A stretch of DNA of 28,272 nucleotides from Capsulimonadales bacterium (GCA_033762295.1 JANRLW010000029.1:1-28272); one strand, 5' to 3'; counted from the stretch's first letter, positions 9,640 to 19,631 are shown. Program-made: numbers and translations. Notes: generated by a model from the letters alone, not told the origin.

Positions 9640-10485
9640 TCACAGAACAGGCGGGCGATAAAGCGTCCGCGGATAGGGTGTCGCGGTTCCGTCGTCACAG
9701 GGCAGCAGCGGACGCAGAAGCGCGGCGGCCTCGGCGGGCCAGGTCTCCGGGATCGGCTGTGTCTTGGCCGCCATCTGCGCTCGCATCCGCGCCGGCATCG
9801 CGTCAAAATCCGGCTGGTACCAGAGGGTGATCAGGGTCCGACGCTCCCCGGACTCGTTGGCATGGGCGGCGTGCAGAACGCGTGCGTCCCCGATCAGCAG
9901 GTCCCCTGCGGCGACCGGAACGTCGACTTCGTCGGGGCGATCCGAGAACTCCGGCAGGTCCGGGTTTTGCGCCTCGCCCAACTCCCGCGAGTGCGGCTCG
10001 CGCAGAAGATCGTGCAGAGGGTTGTGGCGGATATGCGAACCGGGGATCACGCGCAGGCAGCCGTTTTCGCGGCGCGTTTCGGTGAGGTAATACATGAAGA
10101 AAACCTGCGGCGGTTCCGGAGCGTAGGACCGTTCGTCCTCCCAGGCGAACCAGTCGTAGTGCCAGAAAAGACGCGGACTGTGGCCCGGCTTGCTGATGAT
10201 GTACCCGTCGGTAAACGTCGGATGCGGGTAACCGAGCGAGCGCAGAGCGTCCAAGGCGGCTGGCAGAACGATCAGTTCGGCGAAGATCGGATCGACCGTG
10301 GTCGGGAACATGCTGCCCTGCGAGCGAGTCCGCGCCGCGTGCTCCGCCGTCTGCCCGTCGAGAATCCGGTCGGTCACTCTGCGAAGCCGCCCGAGCAGAT
10401 CGGACGAAAGAACGCGTTCGAACCGATGGAAACCTTGGTCGAGAAGGTTACGCCGGGCATCGCCGTTCATTTTGCCGGTGGTCAT
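9640..10485 (-). CDS. Phytanoyl-CoA dioxygenase (PhyH) family Fe(II)/2-oxoglutarate dioxygenase
   Basis: WHYD (HxD), NGCLRVIPGSH, GDLLIGDARVLHAAHANES...RR; GGAGG RBS. Confidence 0.9.
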   Translation of the reverse strand: MTTGKMNGDARRNLLDQGFHRFERVLSSDLLGRLRRVTDRILDGQTAEHAARTRSQGSMFPTTVDPIFAELIVLPAALDALRSLGYPHPTFTDGYIISKPGHSPRLFWHYDWFAWEDERSYAPEPPQVFFMYYLTETRRENGCLRVIPGSHIRHNPLHDLLREPHSRELGEAQNPDLPEFSDRPDEVDVPVAAGDLLIGDARVLHAAHANESGERRTLITLWYQPDFDAMPARMRAQMAAKTQPIPETWPAEAAALLRPLLPCDDGTATPYPRTLYRPPVL

Positions 10486-10509
10486 CGGGGCCTCCTTTCT
10501 GGCAGGTCG

Positions 10510-10770
10510 TCACTTCGGCCGGGGCGTTGCCGTTTTCGTCGCCTCGACGGCCCGTATTCGTCGGGCAAGAACCGCTTCGGACCGTTTCCGATTTTCGGCG
10601 ATCGATTCCTCCGTCGGTGGTTGCCTCAGGTAAGGCGGGGGCGGGACGTGCGCCGTCCCCGTTTTTGGTGACGGCGCGGGACCTGCGGTTGTTTCGTTAC
10701 GGCAGCCGATCAGGACGCTCGCAAACGCCGCGGCCGGCAGACAGCAAACGCCGAAAAGCCTCGATCTCAT
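10510..10770 (-). CDS. Small putative lipoprotein
   Basis: AAGGA RBS; MRSR plus a hydrophobic stretch and lipobox-like LIG-C; Pro-rich mature part; lies directly downstream of a DUF1559 gene. Confidence 0.6.
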   Translation of the reverse strand: MRSRLFGVCCLPAAAFASVLIGCRNETTAGPAPSPKTGTAHVPPPPYLRQPPTEESIAENRKRSEAVLARRIRAVEATKTATPRPK

Positions 10771-10799
10771 GGTGGGTTCCTTTTGACGGACGGTCGAAG

Positions 10800-10834
10800 G
10801 CACCGTTCGGCCGACACGGTCTGCCGAACGGTGC
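10800..10834. repeat. 12-bp perfect inverted repeat in the intergenic region
   Basis: GCACCGTTCGGC-N11-GCCGAACGGTGC with no U-tract; probably an mRNA-stabilising or attenuating hairpin. Confidence 0.7.
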
Positions 10835-10842
10835 GATCCGGA

Positions 10843-11799
10843 TCACCGGCATCCGAACAGGGTCGGATTGGCCGTGCAGGGGCCGGCATACGCGCTTTCG
10901 CGCGGGAAAACGTTGCGAAGTTTCAGGGAACGCGCCTGCAACGATTTGGCATGACCATCCGCGAAGACGCACGTGGCGAAACCGCGGCTGCCGTTGTCGG
11001 GGCGGGCATTGTAAACATCGGGGTCCTGGCTGCCGTCCTCGCGATGATGGCGGAACCCGGGACCCTTGCAGAGCCAGCTCGCCCCGTCGAAGTTACGGTC
11101 GTAATTTCGGAAGTCGCAGCCGTCCGCGACCCAGTCGGTCAGGTCCCAGGGCAGAACGAAATCGGCGTAGAATTGAACGACCCCGGCACCGTCGTCATTC
11201 GAGATATCGCCGAGGAAGGTCCAGCCGTTGCGGATCAGGTCCTCGCTGTTTACCCAGTCCGAAGGCGTTCCTCCGTCGGACTGGTAGTTGCCATCGCTGA
11301 CCAGAATCAGGTCAGCCGGTAGCGAGATCTCCGCCTGATGCGTCACCCGTTTCGTCGCCCAGCTGTTGCGACCCATCCCGATGGCATTCGCGGTATAACC
11401 CATGGCCGCGCCGAAGCGATGCGAGGGGCAGTGGACTACCGTTCCTTTCCGGCCATCGAACGGATACGATCGGGTGTACGGATAGATGGCGGCGAACCAG
11501 GGACCCCAACCGGTTTCGGGCGGAACCGGATACGGTGAATAGGCGGCAGGGAACGTTTCATCGAAATCCTGTGCATACATAACCAGCGCCAGACCGCATT
11601 GTTTGGCATTCGAAAGACAGGATGCCTGCCGGGCTTTTTCTCGCGCCTGGGCGAAGACCGGGAAAAGAATGGCCGCCAGTATCGCGATAATGGCGATGAC
11701 AACGAGAAGTTCGATCAGCGTAAAGGCTCTCCGCGCGGGGGCCGGGCGGTTTTTCGCGCCGACTCCCCGCAGTGGCGCGACGAAAGACGTGTTTTTCAT
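10843..11799 (-). CDS. Prepilin-type N-terminal cleavage/methylation DUF1559 protein with a variant H-X-DG C-terminus
   Basis: [42 protein letters not shown]; ...FADGHAK; AGGAGG RBS. Confidence 0.93.
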   Translation of the reverse strand: MKNTSFVAPLRGVGAKNRPAPARRAFTLIELLVVIAIIAILAAILFPVFAQAREKARQASCLSNAKQCGLALVMYAQDFDETFPAAYSPYPVPPETGWGPWFAAIYPYTRSYPFDGRKGTVVHCPSHRFGAAMGYTANAIGMGRNSWATKRVTHQAEISLPADLILVSDGNYQSDGGTPSDWVNSEDLIRNGWTFLGDISNDDGAGVVQFYADFVLPWDLTDWVADGCDFRNYDRNFDGASWLCKGPGFRHHREDGSQDPDVYNARPDNGSRGFATCVFADGHAKSLQARSLKLRNVFPRESAYAGPCTANPTLFGCR

Positions 11800-11880
11800 G
11801 GTTTCAGTTCCTCCTGAGAACGGGTTGCGTTCGTTACACCCGCAAGGGTCCGTGAGTGAATGGCAGACATATCGAAAGGT

Positions 11881-12948
11881 TTACGAAGACGATGAAGAAA
11901 CCGGCAGACAGGTACCGCCGACGATAAAACAGGGCGGTACGGCCACCGGTCGAAGAGAGAGCGACGGATTCTCGATCCTGGCGAGCAGCATATCGACCGC
12001 CTGCCGACCGATCTCGTCATAGGGGATCCCGAGCGATGTCAGGGAAACTCCCAGGTGATCTACGGAACCGCCGCCCAGGGCCAGGAGCGAAAGGTCCTGC
12101 GGAATGCGAATTCCGGCGTCGGCTGCGGCAATCAGGAGCGTTTCCGCCAGAAGCCCGTTGTAGGTGATGACCGCCGTGATCCGACCGGCCTTTCGTTCCT
12201 CCGGCAGGCGGTGACGCAAATACTCTCGCCAGTGATGGGGCGAGGGAAGCGGCGGGTCCGGCGAAAGGATCACCGGGGGAAGACTATGGGCGCGCATGGC
12301 GTACAGATAACCCTGAAATCGATCAGGACCGCTGTAGTGGTCGGATTTCCCGGTGGTGATCGCGCTGATGAGATCGATATAAACGATCCGTCGATGGCCG
12401 AGAGCGACCAGTTGCGCCACCGCTTCCTGTCCGGCGCGGAAGTCGTCCGGGTAGACGCAATCCGTCGCATGCCGCGAGTTGATCCGCACGGCCGGGATAC
12501 GGTATTCGGCGATCAGTTCGAGGAGTCGGGGAGGGATCAGGGCGTCGTACTTGATCAGAAGGCCGTCCGCAGCGGCGACTTTGAGCATATCCGGCACGAA
12601 GGTCGGGTCGGTGAGCTGTTCGTCAGGCAGGCGAGAGACGAGGAGACGTTGACCCTGTTCGGCCAGAACGTCGTGGAGGCTATCCAGAAGAGGGATGGGA
12701 AGGAGACTGCGGACGCCGTCGGTCCGGGAGAGGAGGAGGGCGACGGTACGGAAGGAGCCGCTGCGCATGGCGCGCGCGGACGTATTGGTGCGATATCCCA
12801 GTTCCCGCGCGGCCTGCAAAACCCGTTCGCGAGTCCGGCTGCGATGCATTCCGCCTTTATCGCCGAGAATCCGGCTGACGGTGCCGATCGAAACCCCGCT
12901 GGTCTCCGCGATCTGCTTGATGGTAATGCGTCCCGCCCGGTCATCCAT
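11881..12948 (-). CDS. LacI-family transcriptional regulator
   Basis: HTH ITIKQIAETSGVSIGTVSRIL, hinge ARAMRSG, sugar-binding domain with GHRRI and IPQDLSL. The start is set at ATG12948. Confidence 0.93.
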   Translation of the reverse strand: MDDRAGRITIKQIAETSGVSIGTVSRILGDKGGMHRSRTRERVLQAARELGYRTNTSARAMRSGSFRTVALLLSRTDGVRSLLPIPLLDSLHDVLAEQGQRLLVSRLPDEQLTDPTFVPDMLKVAAADGLLIKYDALIPPRLLELIAEYRIPAVRINSRHATDCVYPDDFRAGQEAVAQLVALGHRRIVYIDLISAITTGKSDHYSGPDRFQGYLYAMRAHSLPPVILSPDPPLPSPHHWREYLRHRLPEERKAGRITAVITYNGLLAETLLIAAADAGIRIPQDLSLLALGGGSVDHLGVSLTSLGIPYDEIGRQAVDMLLARIENPSLSLRPVAVPPCFIVGGTCLPVSSSSS

Positions 12949-12997
12949 GACTGAGTCCGTAAGTTGCCCGGCGAACCTTCCGGCGTGTTCCGGGCGA

Positions 12998-13043
12998 TGT
13001 GAACGTTTACAACACCATACTACGAAGCAATCCTCGTTGTCAA
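12998..13043 (-). promoter_or_regulatory. Sigma70 promoter with a LacI-type operator
   Basis: TTGACA (13038-13043), N18, TATGGT (13014-13019), then the near-palindrome TGTAAACGTTCACA (12998-13011) with a central CG. Confidence 0.75.
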
Positions 13044-13079
13044 GGAGCGTCGGAGGAGCCTGACCGTTCGATTTCCCGG

Positions 13080-14585
13080 TTAGAGTAAGGTAAGAGCGAC
13101 CCGGCGGAAGGCGTCGAACGAGGGCAGCGGCGAACCGGCACGGGCGGAACGGGCGGAACGAGCGACGTACTCCCGCGCCCTTTTCAGGAAACGGGCGTGT
13201 GTCTCGTAGACCGGCTGACGGTTGCCGTTTTCGTCTATCAGGTGAAAACCGCGCTGTCGGCCCTCCGCATCGACGTCGTTGTTGTACAGCTCCCAGTAGA
13301 GGATGAACGGACAACCCCATTCGAGTCCGGCGCGCATCACCTGCCGCGACAACCGCTCCTGTTCCGCCGGGGAGTGGTAGGCGGTCGGAAAGCCGTACTC
13401 GCCGATAAAGACGCGCCGTCCCCGGAGCGAAGGTTTGCGCGGCAGTTTGCCTTCGATGAAGGTGAGTGCCGCTTTGAGGAGCGTCGGGTCGCCGGCGGTG
13501 TCATAGGCGGAGTAGGAGACAAAATCGACGTTCGTCCCTGGCAGCACCTCGCTGACCAGTGACTTGCGTCCGTGCATCGACAGTTTCACATGGTTGACCT
13601 CGGTGTAGTGCCAGACCTGGACGGCCCGGTGCGGGGTCGCGCGGCGGGCCGCCTCGATCGCCTTCTGCCGGGTGTTCAGCCAGTCGATCATTCCCTGAAC
13701 CGCCGTCGGGGTCACCTTCTCGTCGTTCTCGGCGGCGACGGTCCCCCGCAGCCAGCCGTCGCCCTCCCAGTGTCCGAGGAAGAAGCGTTTGCCGGTGCCC
13801 GAATAGGTCCGGAGTAGGTGCGCCGTCAGATCGTACATCTCCCGGTATTCGCGGTCACGGTCGTCCGGGCGGAGGCCGTTAAGGAACGCGGTTCCGCCGC
13901 CGGTGAACGTATGCGCCCAGAGAACGAAATCGGCAAAGGGCAGATCGAACACCTGACGGTGAGTCGGCTCGTCGCGAACGAGCGATGTCAGGCTGTCGAT
14001 GCCGGCGCGGCGGGCCGGAACATTGCCGCGCGGATCGGCGTAGCGCGGCGAGATTTCGAACTTGACGACGCTCGCGCCCAGATCGCGGATGGCCTCGACG
14101 GTTTCCGAGAGCAGGGGTTTTCGGGTGAACTGATAGGCCGCGCCGAAGGTCTGTGTCCCGAGGACATAGTTATAGGATCGTAACGGGGCGGCGGCAAAGG
14201 GGGTCGGATCGGGGCCGGGGATCAGGCCGGGTTTGACCGGAAAGCGCCGCCGGAGGTCCGTCTCGCCGACCGGACCGGCCGCCTCGCCGATCAGATTGCC
14301 GACGTACTCGCCCTGGCAGGTCTTCCCGGCGACCGCGTTCTCCTTCCAGTAATCGTTCCGGATGACCTGACGACGCATCAGCAGAGCGAGGGCTGCCGGG
14401 TAGTCCGGGGCCGAACCCAGGAACCGGGCGATCCGCAGGAGCAGGTCGGCCACCCGCGCGCCGTCACATGTTCGTTCGGGGACGGCATGAGTCCGCCAGT
14501 AGTCGAGTTCGTCGGCGGCGATCATGCCGGTTTGGCGCAGAATATCGAAATCGACCCTGCGTTGCGCGGACATCTCCTGAGGCAT
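13080..14585 (-). CDS. Hypothetical glycoside-hydrolase-like (clan GH-A-like TIM barrel) protein with two N-terminal DYW repeats
   Basis: FFLGHWEGD, VDFVSYSAYD, VFIGEYG and YWELYNN motifs; N-terminal tandem repeat. Confidence 0.6.
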   Translation of the reverse strand: MPQEMSAQRRVDFDILRQTGMIAADELDYWRTHAVPERTCDGARVADLLLRIARFLGSAPDYPAALALLMRRQVIRNDYWKENAVAGKTCQGEYVGNLIGEAAGPVGETDLRRRFPVKPGLIPGPDPTPFAAAPLRSYNYVLGTQTFGAAYQFTRKPLLSETVEAIRDLGASVVKFEISPRYADPRGNVPARRAGIDSLTSLVRDEPTHRQVFDLPFADFVLWAHTFTGGGTAFLNGLRPDDRDREYREMYDLTAHLLRTYSGTGKRFFLGHWEGDGWLRGTVAAENDEKVTPTAVQGMIDWLNTRQKAIEAARRATPHRAVQVWHYTEVNHVKLSMHGRKSLVSEVLPGTNVDFVSYSAYDTAGDPTLLKAALTFIEGKLPRKPSLRGRRVFIGEYGFPTAYHSPAEQERLSRQVMRAGLEWGCPFILYWELYNNDVDAEGRQRGFHLIDENGNRQPVYETHARFLKRAREYVARSARSARAGSPLPSFDAFRRVALTLL

Positions 14586-14986
14586 GGCTATCAGTCTTCC
14601 TTTATGCCGGATATGTCGGAAAGGGGGTCCTTCCGTTCGATCCGCTTTTGCTAATGTCCGGGACGATATCGAAACGGTTGGACATTAATGAAGAGGAATC
14701 CTCCTGAGGGTAATTTCGGTCCGGATCGTGCATAGGGATACGGGGAGAAGGTATGCAAAACATCACAGGAGGACGCCGTTGCCACGGGACGGAGAAGTCC
14801 GCTATGGTAAGGATAGGGTGGGTTGCAATTGTTTCATCAGAAATTTTACCTGATTGTCTGTAATATTTAGTAAAATATGATATGAAGGTGTGGGGAAAAT
14901 CGACCGATGAGCGGTATAAAGTGAGTAATTTTGACGGGTAGTTCCGCAGAGGATACACTTTCCGGCCGAGAAATTTCGAGCTCCTT

Positions 14987-16183
14987 ATGACGAATCCGAT
15001 CACAGATATTCGCGAGACACCCAAACGGAGGTTCGCTATTCTGAGTTCCTGCCCGGAGGCCTGGGGAGGAAGCGAGGAGTTATGGGGCGGAACGGCCTTG
15101 CGATTGGCGAAGGCGGGCCATGAGGTCCATGTCTTCAAGACGCTGGTCGACGACCGGCATCCTTCCGTCAATGCATTGCGCGAAGCCGGGGTGGTCGTCT
15201 GGGACCACTATCGCCTTCCGGTTCCGCGCCGAAACTACTATGTTCGTCGCCTCCCCGGTCGATGGAAGAACGGTCGTCTCGCTCCCCATATCGAATGGAT
15301 CATGGCGTATATCCGGGGATTGCGTCCCGACCTGATGGTGGTGTCCCAGGGAGAGAATTTCGACGGTCTGGAGTATACGGAACTGTGCCGCCGGGTCGGT
15401 TTCCCCTATGTCATCATCTGCCAGAAAGCCTCGGACCTGAACTGGCCGACGGACCAGAGTCGCGACCAGATGCGGCACGCCTATCGGGATTCGGTTCGGA
15501 ACTACTTCGTGTCGCGACATAACCGGGAATTGACCGAGATGCAGATCGGTACGGGACTGGAGAATGCCGAAGTCGTCGCCAACCCGTGTATGACCACCGC
15601 CCGAGCGCCGTTGCCCTGGCCCGAGTCGGATTCGGAGGTCGTTCGCGGAGCCTGTGTCGGGCGTTTGTTCGCCCTCGAGAAGGGACAGGACATCCTTCTG
15701 CGGGTGCTTGCCCGTCCGAAATGGCAGGAACGTCCGCTCGAAATCTCGTTCTTCGGCAAAGGAATCCATAGCGCCGCCCTGCGAGAGGCGGCCGAGTACC
15801 TCGGCCTGAAAAACGTTCGCTTTGCCGGGTTCACGACGAACGTCACCGACGTCTGGCGAACTCACCACTTTCTGGTGCTGCCGTCGCGCGCCGAGGGACT
15901 CCCGCTCTCGGTGATCGAGGCCATGGTCTGCGGTCGACCCGCGATCGTTACCCGGGTCGGGGGAAACGCGGATGTCATCGAAGATGGTGTGACGGGTTTT
16001 CTGTCGTCCGGAATCGATCCGGACGGTCTGGATGAAACGATGGAACGGGCCTGGGCCTGTCGCCACCGGTGGGAAAGGATCGGGTGCGCCGCCGCGAATT
16101 CGGTTCGTTCCTGGCTGCCGGAAGACCCCTGTTCGGATTTTAAAGAGAAGTTACTGAAAATCGCCGCAGGTTCGCACAAATAA
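14987..16183 (+). CDS. Glycosyltransferase family 4 (GT-B)
   Basis: WGGSE, VGRL...KGQD, LVLPSRAEGLPLSVIEAMVCGRP, DGVTGFL. Confidence 0.93.
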   Translation: MTNPITDIRETPKRRFAILSSCPEAWGGSEELWGGTALRLAKAGHEVHVFKTLVDDRHPSVNALREAGVVVWDHYRLPVPRRNYYVRRLPGRWKNGRLAPHIEWIMAYIRGLRPDLMVVSQGENFDGLEYTELCRRVGFPYVIICQKASDLNWPTDQSRDQMRHAYRDSVRNYFVSRHNRELTEMQIGTGLENAEVVANPCMTTARAPLPWPESDSEVVRGACVGRLFALEKGQDILLRVLARPKWQERPLEISFFGKGIHSAALREAAEYLGLKNVRFAGFTTNVTDVWRTHHFLVLPSRAEGLPLSVIEAMVCGRPAIVTRVGGNADVIEDGVTGFLSSGIDPDGLDETMERAWACRHRWERIGCAAANSVRSWLPEDPCSDFKEKLLKIAAGSHK

Positions 16184-16217
16184 CGCCGATTTATGCAGTG
16201 AGATGGAAAGGAAAGGC

Positions 16218-17270
16218 ATGTCAACAAGCGCTCCGAAAGAAAAACTGGTCTCCGTCATTATTCCGACGTACAACCGCCGGGATCTGGTACAGCAAGCGAT
16301 CGAGAGCGTTCGACGCCAGACCTATCCGCATGTGGAAATTATTGTAGTGGATGATGGTTCCGTCGACGGAACCGCCGATATTCTCCGGAATATACCCGAT
16401 ATTCATTTCATTCGACAGAAAAACCAGGGGCAGGCGGGGGCGCGGAACACCGGCCTGGCCGTCGCCCGGGGGCAGTACATCAGTACGCTGGACTCCGACG
16501 ACCTCTGGCATTCGGATTTTCTGGAGAAGTGCGTCGGCGCGCTGGAAACGCTGGACGTGGATTTTGTCTTTGCGAACTGGATTAGCGAAAATATCGAAAA
16601 AGAGCGAAGCGAATCCTATTTTGAAAAGCATTACCGCTGGTGGGACTTCCCCTATACGAATCATCCCGGATGGCGCCTCATGGAACGGCAGCCGGCGCGG
16701 GATATGTATCTCGATTCCTGCGTCTCGCCGTCCTCGGCTCTGGTTTTTCGCCGTGAGGTCATGCGGAACGGGTGGTCCGGGGGGCTGCAGATCGGTGACG
16801 ACTGGTGCCTGATTCTGGACGCCATTCTCGATCACTCCTGCCGCGTCGCCTTTACCATGGAGCGACTCTGGCTGAAGCGCATCGACGGCAACAATATCTA
16901 CGATCAGCGGGATCACTACGAAGTGAAGATGGCCCTGTATCTGAATGATGCCAAGTTCATGCTGAACCGGTATGCGACCCGGCTGACGAAAGAGGAGCGG
17001 GCGCGATTTTATGGCCATCTCGCGTTCCACCGCTTCGGAATGGTGAAGTTCGAACTGCAGCGGAAGCATCCCCATCTGGCCCTGGCCCACCTGTCCTACT
17101 GTCTGATCAATCTGGCGCGCGGAATGGGAACCGCGCCCGCCGACGCCTGGGCCAAGATCAAGTCAAGCCGCTGGAGCGTGCGTCCCCCGGTCGAGGTGCC
17201 GCCGGATGAACTCGAACGGGAAAATTTGCGGCCCATCTCTCCGGTGGGACCGCGACCCGGGACCACCTGA
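16218..17270 (+). CDS. Glycosyltransferase family 2 (GT-A)
   Basis: VSVIIPTYNR, VVDDGSVDGT, ARNTG, LDSDD. Alternative start at 16203. Confidence 0.93.
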   Translation: MSTSAPKEKLVSVIIPTYNRRDLVQQAIESVRRQTYPHVEIIVVDDGSVDGTADILRNIPDIHFIRQKNQGQAGARNTGLAVARGQYISTLDSDDLWHSDFLEKCVGALETLDVDFVFANWISENIEKERSESYFEKHYRWWDFPYTNHPGWRLMERQPARDMYLDSCVSPSSALVFRREVMRNGWSGGLQIGDDWCLILDAILDHSCRVAFTMERLWLKRIDGNNIYDQRDHYEVKMALYLNDAKFMLNRYATRLTKEERARFYGHLAFHRFGMVKFELQRKHPHLALAHLSYCLINLARGMGTAPADAWAKIKSSRWSVRPPVEVPPDELERENLRPISPVGPRPGTT

Positions 17271-17317
17271 GGAGGCCGCATCCGGCGATACGAATACAGG
17301 AGTAAGACGGAACCATT

Positions 17318-18259
17318 ATGGGCTACAAGTCATCCGTTCGGGAAAGAAACCTCGTCCAACGTTTTCGGGATGCATTCACCGCTCTGGTCAAACGATCCAT
17401 CGCCAGGACTCCCGGGACCGAACCGGTCCCGACGACAATCCCTGAAGCGCCGAGCGCTCCGGAGACGCCGGTCGTCGCTCCGGCCGCGCGTCCGCGCCGT
17501 CCGCTCGACTCTGCGCAGGATATCGCCTGGCATTACGATACCTATCTCGGCGATTACCGGGCCGTCTACGGGGAAATTCTGCAGGCGCATCGTCCGACCG
17601 ATGTGGAAGAGTTGCTGCGGTATGAAATGGAGAGTGCCGGACTCGCGGACGGCATGCGGGTGCTGGACGCGGGCTGCGGTTTTTGCGGGCCGGCAATCTG
17701 GTTCGCGCAGCGGCGAGATATAACGGTCGACGGGATTACCCTCGGAACCGATATGGCGGAGGCGGCGCGACGGGCGGTCGCGGCGGCCCGTTTGTCCGAC
17801 CGGATCACGGTGCGGGAAGGCGATTTTCACCATCTTTCCGATCTGTTCCCGGAAAAGACCTTCGACCGTGTCCTGTTTCTCGAAACCATCGGCTACTTCC
17901 GTTCGCTCGATCAGGTTTTGAACGGCGCGTACCACGTCCTGAAGCCGGGCGGCGCGATCTATGTCAAGGACTGGTATGTCAAGGATCATGCTCCGGGAAC
18001 CGAGGAGTTTGAGATCGCCGAACAACTCAACCGAAAGGTCTACGAGGAGTACGGCTATAACAATATCCGTCGGATCGAGATCGTGGAAGCCGTGCTTCGT
18101 GCCGGCTTCGAGATCGTGACCGAGCAGGTGCTTCCGATCGACATCAATCCGGAGATCATGTTCGGCTTCGATGCGCGGGTGGGGAATACCTGGCCGCAGT
18201 ACATCCGGAATAACATCGTGTATACCATTCCGTACGAACTGCTGGCGCGTCGGGCATAA
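17318..18259 (+). CDS. Class I SAM-dependent methyltransferase
   Basis: VLDAGCGFCGP (motif I), GDF, FDRV...LE, LKPGG. Confidence 0.9.
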   Translation: MGYKSSVRERNLVQRFRDAFTALVKRSIARTPGTEPVPTTIPEAPSAPETPVVAPAARPRRPLDSAQDIAWHYDTYLGDYRAVYGEILQAHRPTDVEELLRYEMESAGLADGMRVLDAGCGFCGPAIWFAQRRDITVDGITLGTDMAEAARRAVAAARLSDRITVREGDFHHLSDLFPEKTFDRVLFLETIGYFRSLDQVLNGAYHVLKPGGAIYVKDWYVKDHAPGTEEFEIAEQLNRKVYEEYGYNNIRRIEIVEAVLRAGFEIVTEQVLPIDINPEIMFGFDARVGNTWPQYIRNNIVYTIPYELLARRA

Positions 18260-18275
18260 CCCTCGCTCCATCGGC

Positions 18276-19631
18276 TCAATCGATTCGCGCCTTCCATTCG
18301 ACCGGGATATGGACCAGATTCTTGCGGAACAGGGCCATATTGATCGCCCGGTCGGTCACCGGTTTGATCTCGAAAGTGATCGGCGCATCCTGATAACCTT
18401 TGAATCCCAGGATGATCGCGCTCTCCCTGGTCGTAAAGGCCATTGCGGCCTGGTGCTTGCCCGGCAGCAGTGGCAGCCGTTCGATGCGGCAGCGGAACTC
18501 GTTCCGACCTTTCCGCAACGAATATTCCGGAGGACCGTAACCGCCGGCCAGGGAGGCGATCGGAAACAGCCCGCCCGTGCCGATCTCGATACCCCAGAGG
18601 ACCGAGGGCACGTCCTCGCGGGACGTCACGACCACCCGGATGTCCACCGGTCCGCTCGGAGTCAGGTCGCCGCCGTCCGGTCCGGTGATTTCGACGCTGT
18701 CAAACGTCACCAGGTTCAGGACGGCTTCCGCGCCCGTTTCCGCCTGTTTCGAACCGGAGGCTTCGTCGATCTCCCCGCCGGTCTCCTCCGAAATCCCCTC
18801 CGCGACCGGATCGTCCTCCACCGTCGGAGCGGTCGGCGAGAGAACCGGGGCGTTCATCTCCTTCCATTCGGCGCTTTCCCGTTCTCCGGCCAGTTCCGCG
18901 TACCGGGAGATGATCTCCTCCGGAGTGCCTTCCGCCTTGATCTGGCCGTAGTCCATCAGAATGCAGCGGTGGCAGAGGCTCTGGATGGTAAACAGATCGT
19001 GAGAGGCGAGCAGAATCGCGCCGCCCTTGGAGATGTAATCGTTCAGGAACCGCTGGAACTTCATCCGGAACTTCAGGTCTCCGCCGTTCAGAGCCTCGTC
19101 CACCAGAAAGAGGTCGGGGCGCAGATGCGAATAGATGGAGAAGGCCAGGCGCACCTTCATTCCCAGACTGTAGGTGCCGACCGGAGCGTCGATGAACGAT
19201 CCGAGATCGGAGTAGGCGATGACCGATTCCATCTCCTCGGCGATCCGTCGACCGTCCATGCCGTGCAGGGAGAACTGATTGATGATGTTTTCCCGACCGG
19301 TCTGGACCGGTGACAGGCCCCCCTGATAATCCATCACGACGACCCGGGGCGTGTTGACGAAGACCGCGCCGATGGTCGGGCGCAGAATGCCGGCGGCGAC
19401 GTTGATCAGGGTGCTTTTCCCGGCGCCATTGTGCCCGATGACTCCCACGACCTCGCCCGGCGCGACCTGAAGATGGATATCGCGCAATGCCCAGAACTCA
19501 CCCGGACGCAGAAAATCGTTCTGATCCTTGCACGCCGTCTCCCGCAGGATATCGCGTGCCGCGTATTTATACGCCAGTTTGGGTTCCCGACAGTACCGTT
19601 TCGAAAGGTTATAGATCTCTAAAAGCTTCAT
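18276..19631 (-). CDS. wzt: Polysaccharide ABC exporter ATP-binding subunit with C-terminal Wzt carbohydrate-binding domain
   Basis: FWALRDI, Walker A GHNGAGKST, YSLGMKVRLAF, LVDEAL, SHD; C-terminal beta-sandwich ending LPLLPG; GGAG RBS before ATG19631. Confidence 0.88.
   Translation of the reverse strand: MKLLEIYNLSKRYCREPKLAYKYAARDILRETACKDQNDFLRPGEFWALRDIHLQVAPGEVVGVIGHNGAGKSTLINVAAGILRPTIGAVFVNTPRVVVMDYQGGLSPVQTGRENIINQFSLHGMDGRRIAEEMESVIAYSDLGSFIDAPVGTYSLGMKVRLAFSIYSHLRPDLFLVDEALNGGDLKFRMKFQRFLNDYISKGGAILLASHDLFTIQSLCHRCILMDYGQIKAEGTPEEIISRYAELAGERESAEWKEMNAPVLSPTAPTVEDDPVAEGISEETGGEIDEASGSKQAETGAEAVLNLVTFDSVEITGPDGGDLTPSGPVDIRVVVTSREDVPSVLWGIEIGTGGLFPIASLAGGYGPPEYSLRKGRNEFRCRIERLPLLPGKHQAAMAFTTRESAIILGFKGYQDAPITFEIKPVTDRAINMALFRKNLVHIPVEWKARID

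Noticed and set aside
4798..10671. Long + strand ORFs (4798..6495, 6583..8592, 8657..9583, 9622..10671)
   Set aside because: They are antisense shadows of well-supported minus-strand genes in GC-rich DNA and show no motifs.
12949..13320. N-terminal extension of the LacI ORF
   Set aside because: It overlaps the upstream gene and spans the promoter/operator; the HTH starts just after ATG12948.
15080..19313. ORFs antisense to the glycan locus genes
   Set aside because: They are shadow ORFs with no motifs.
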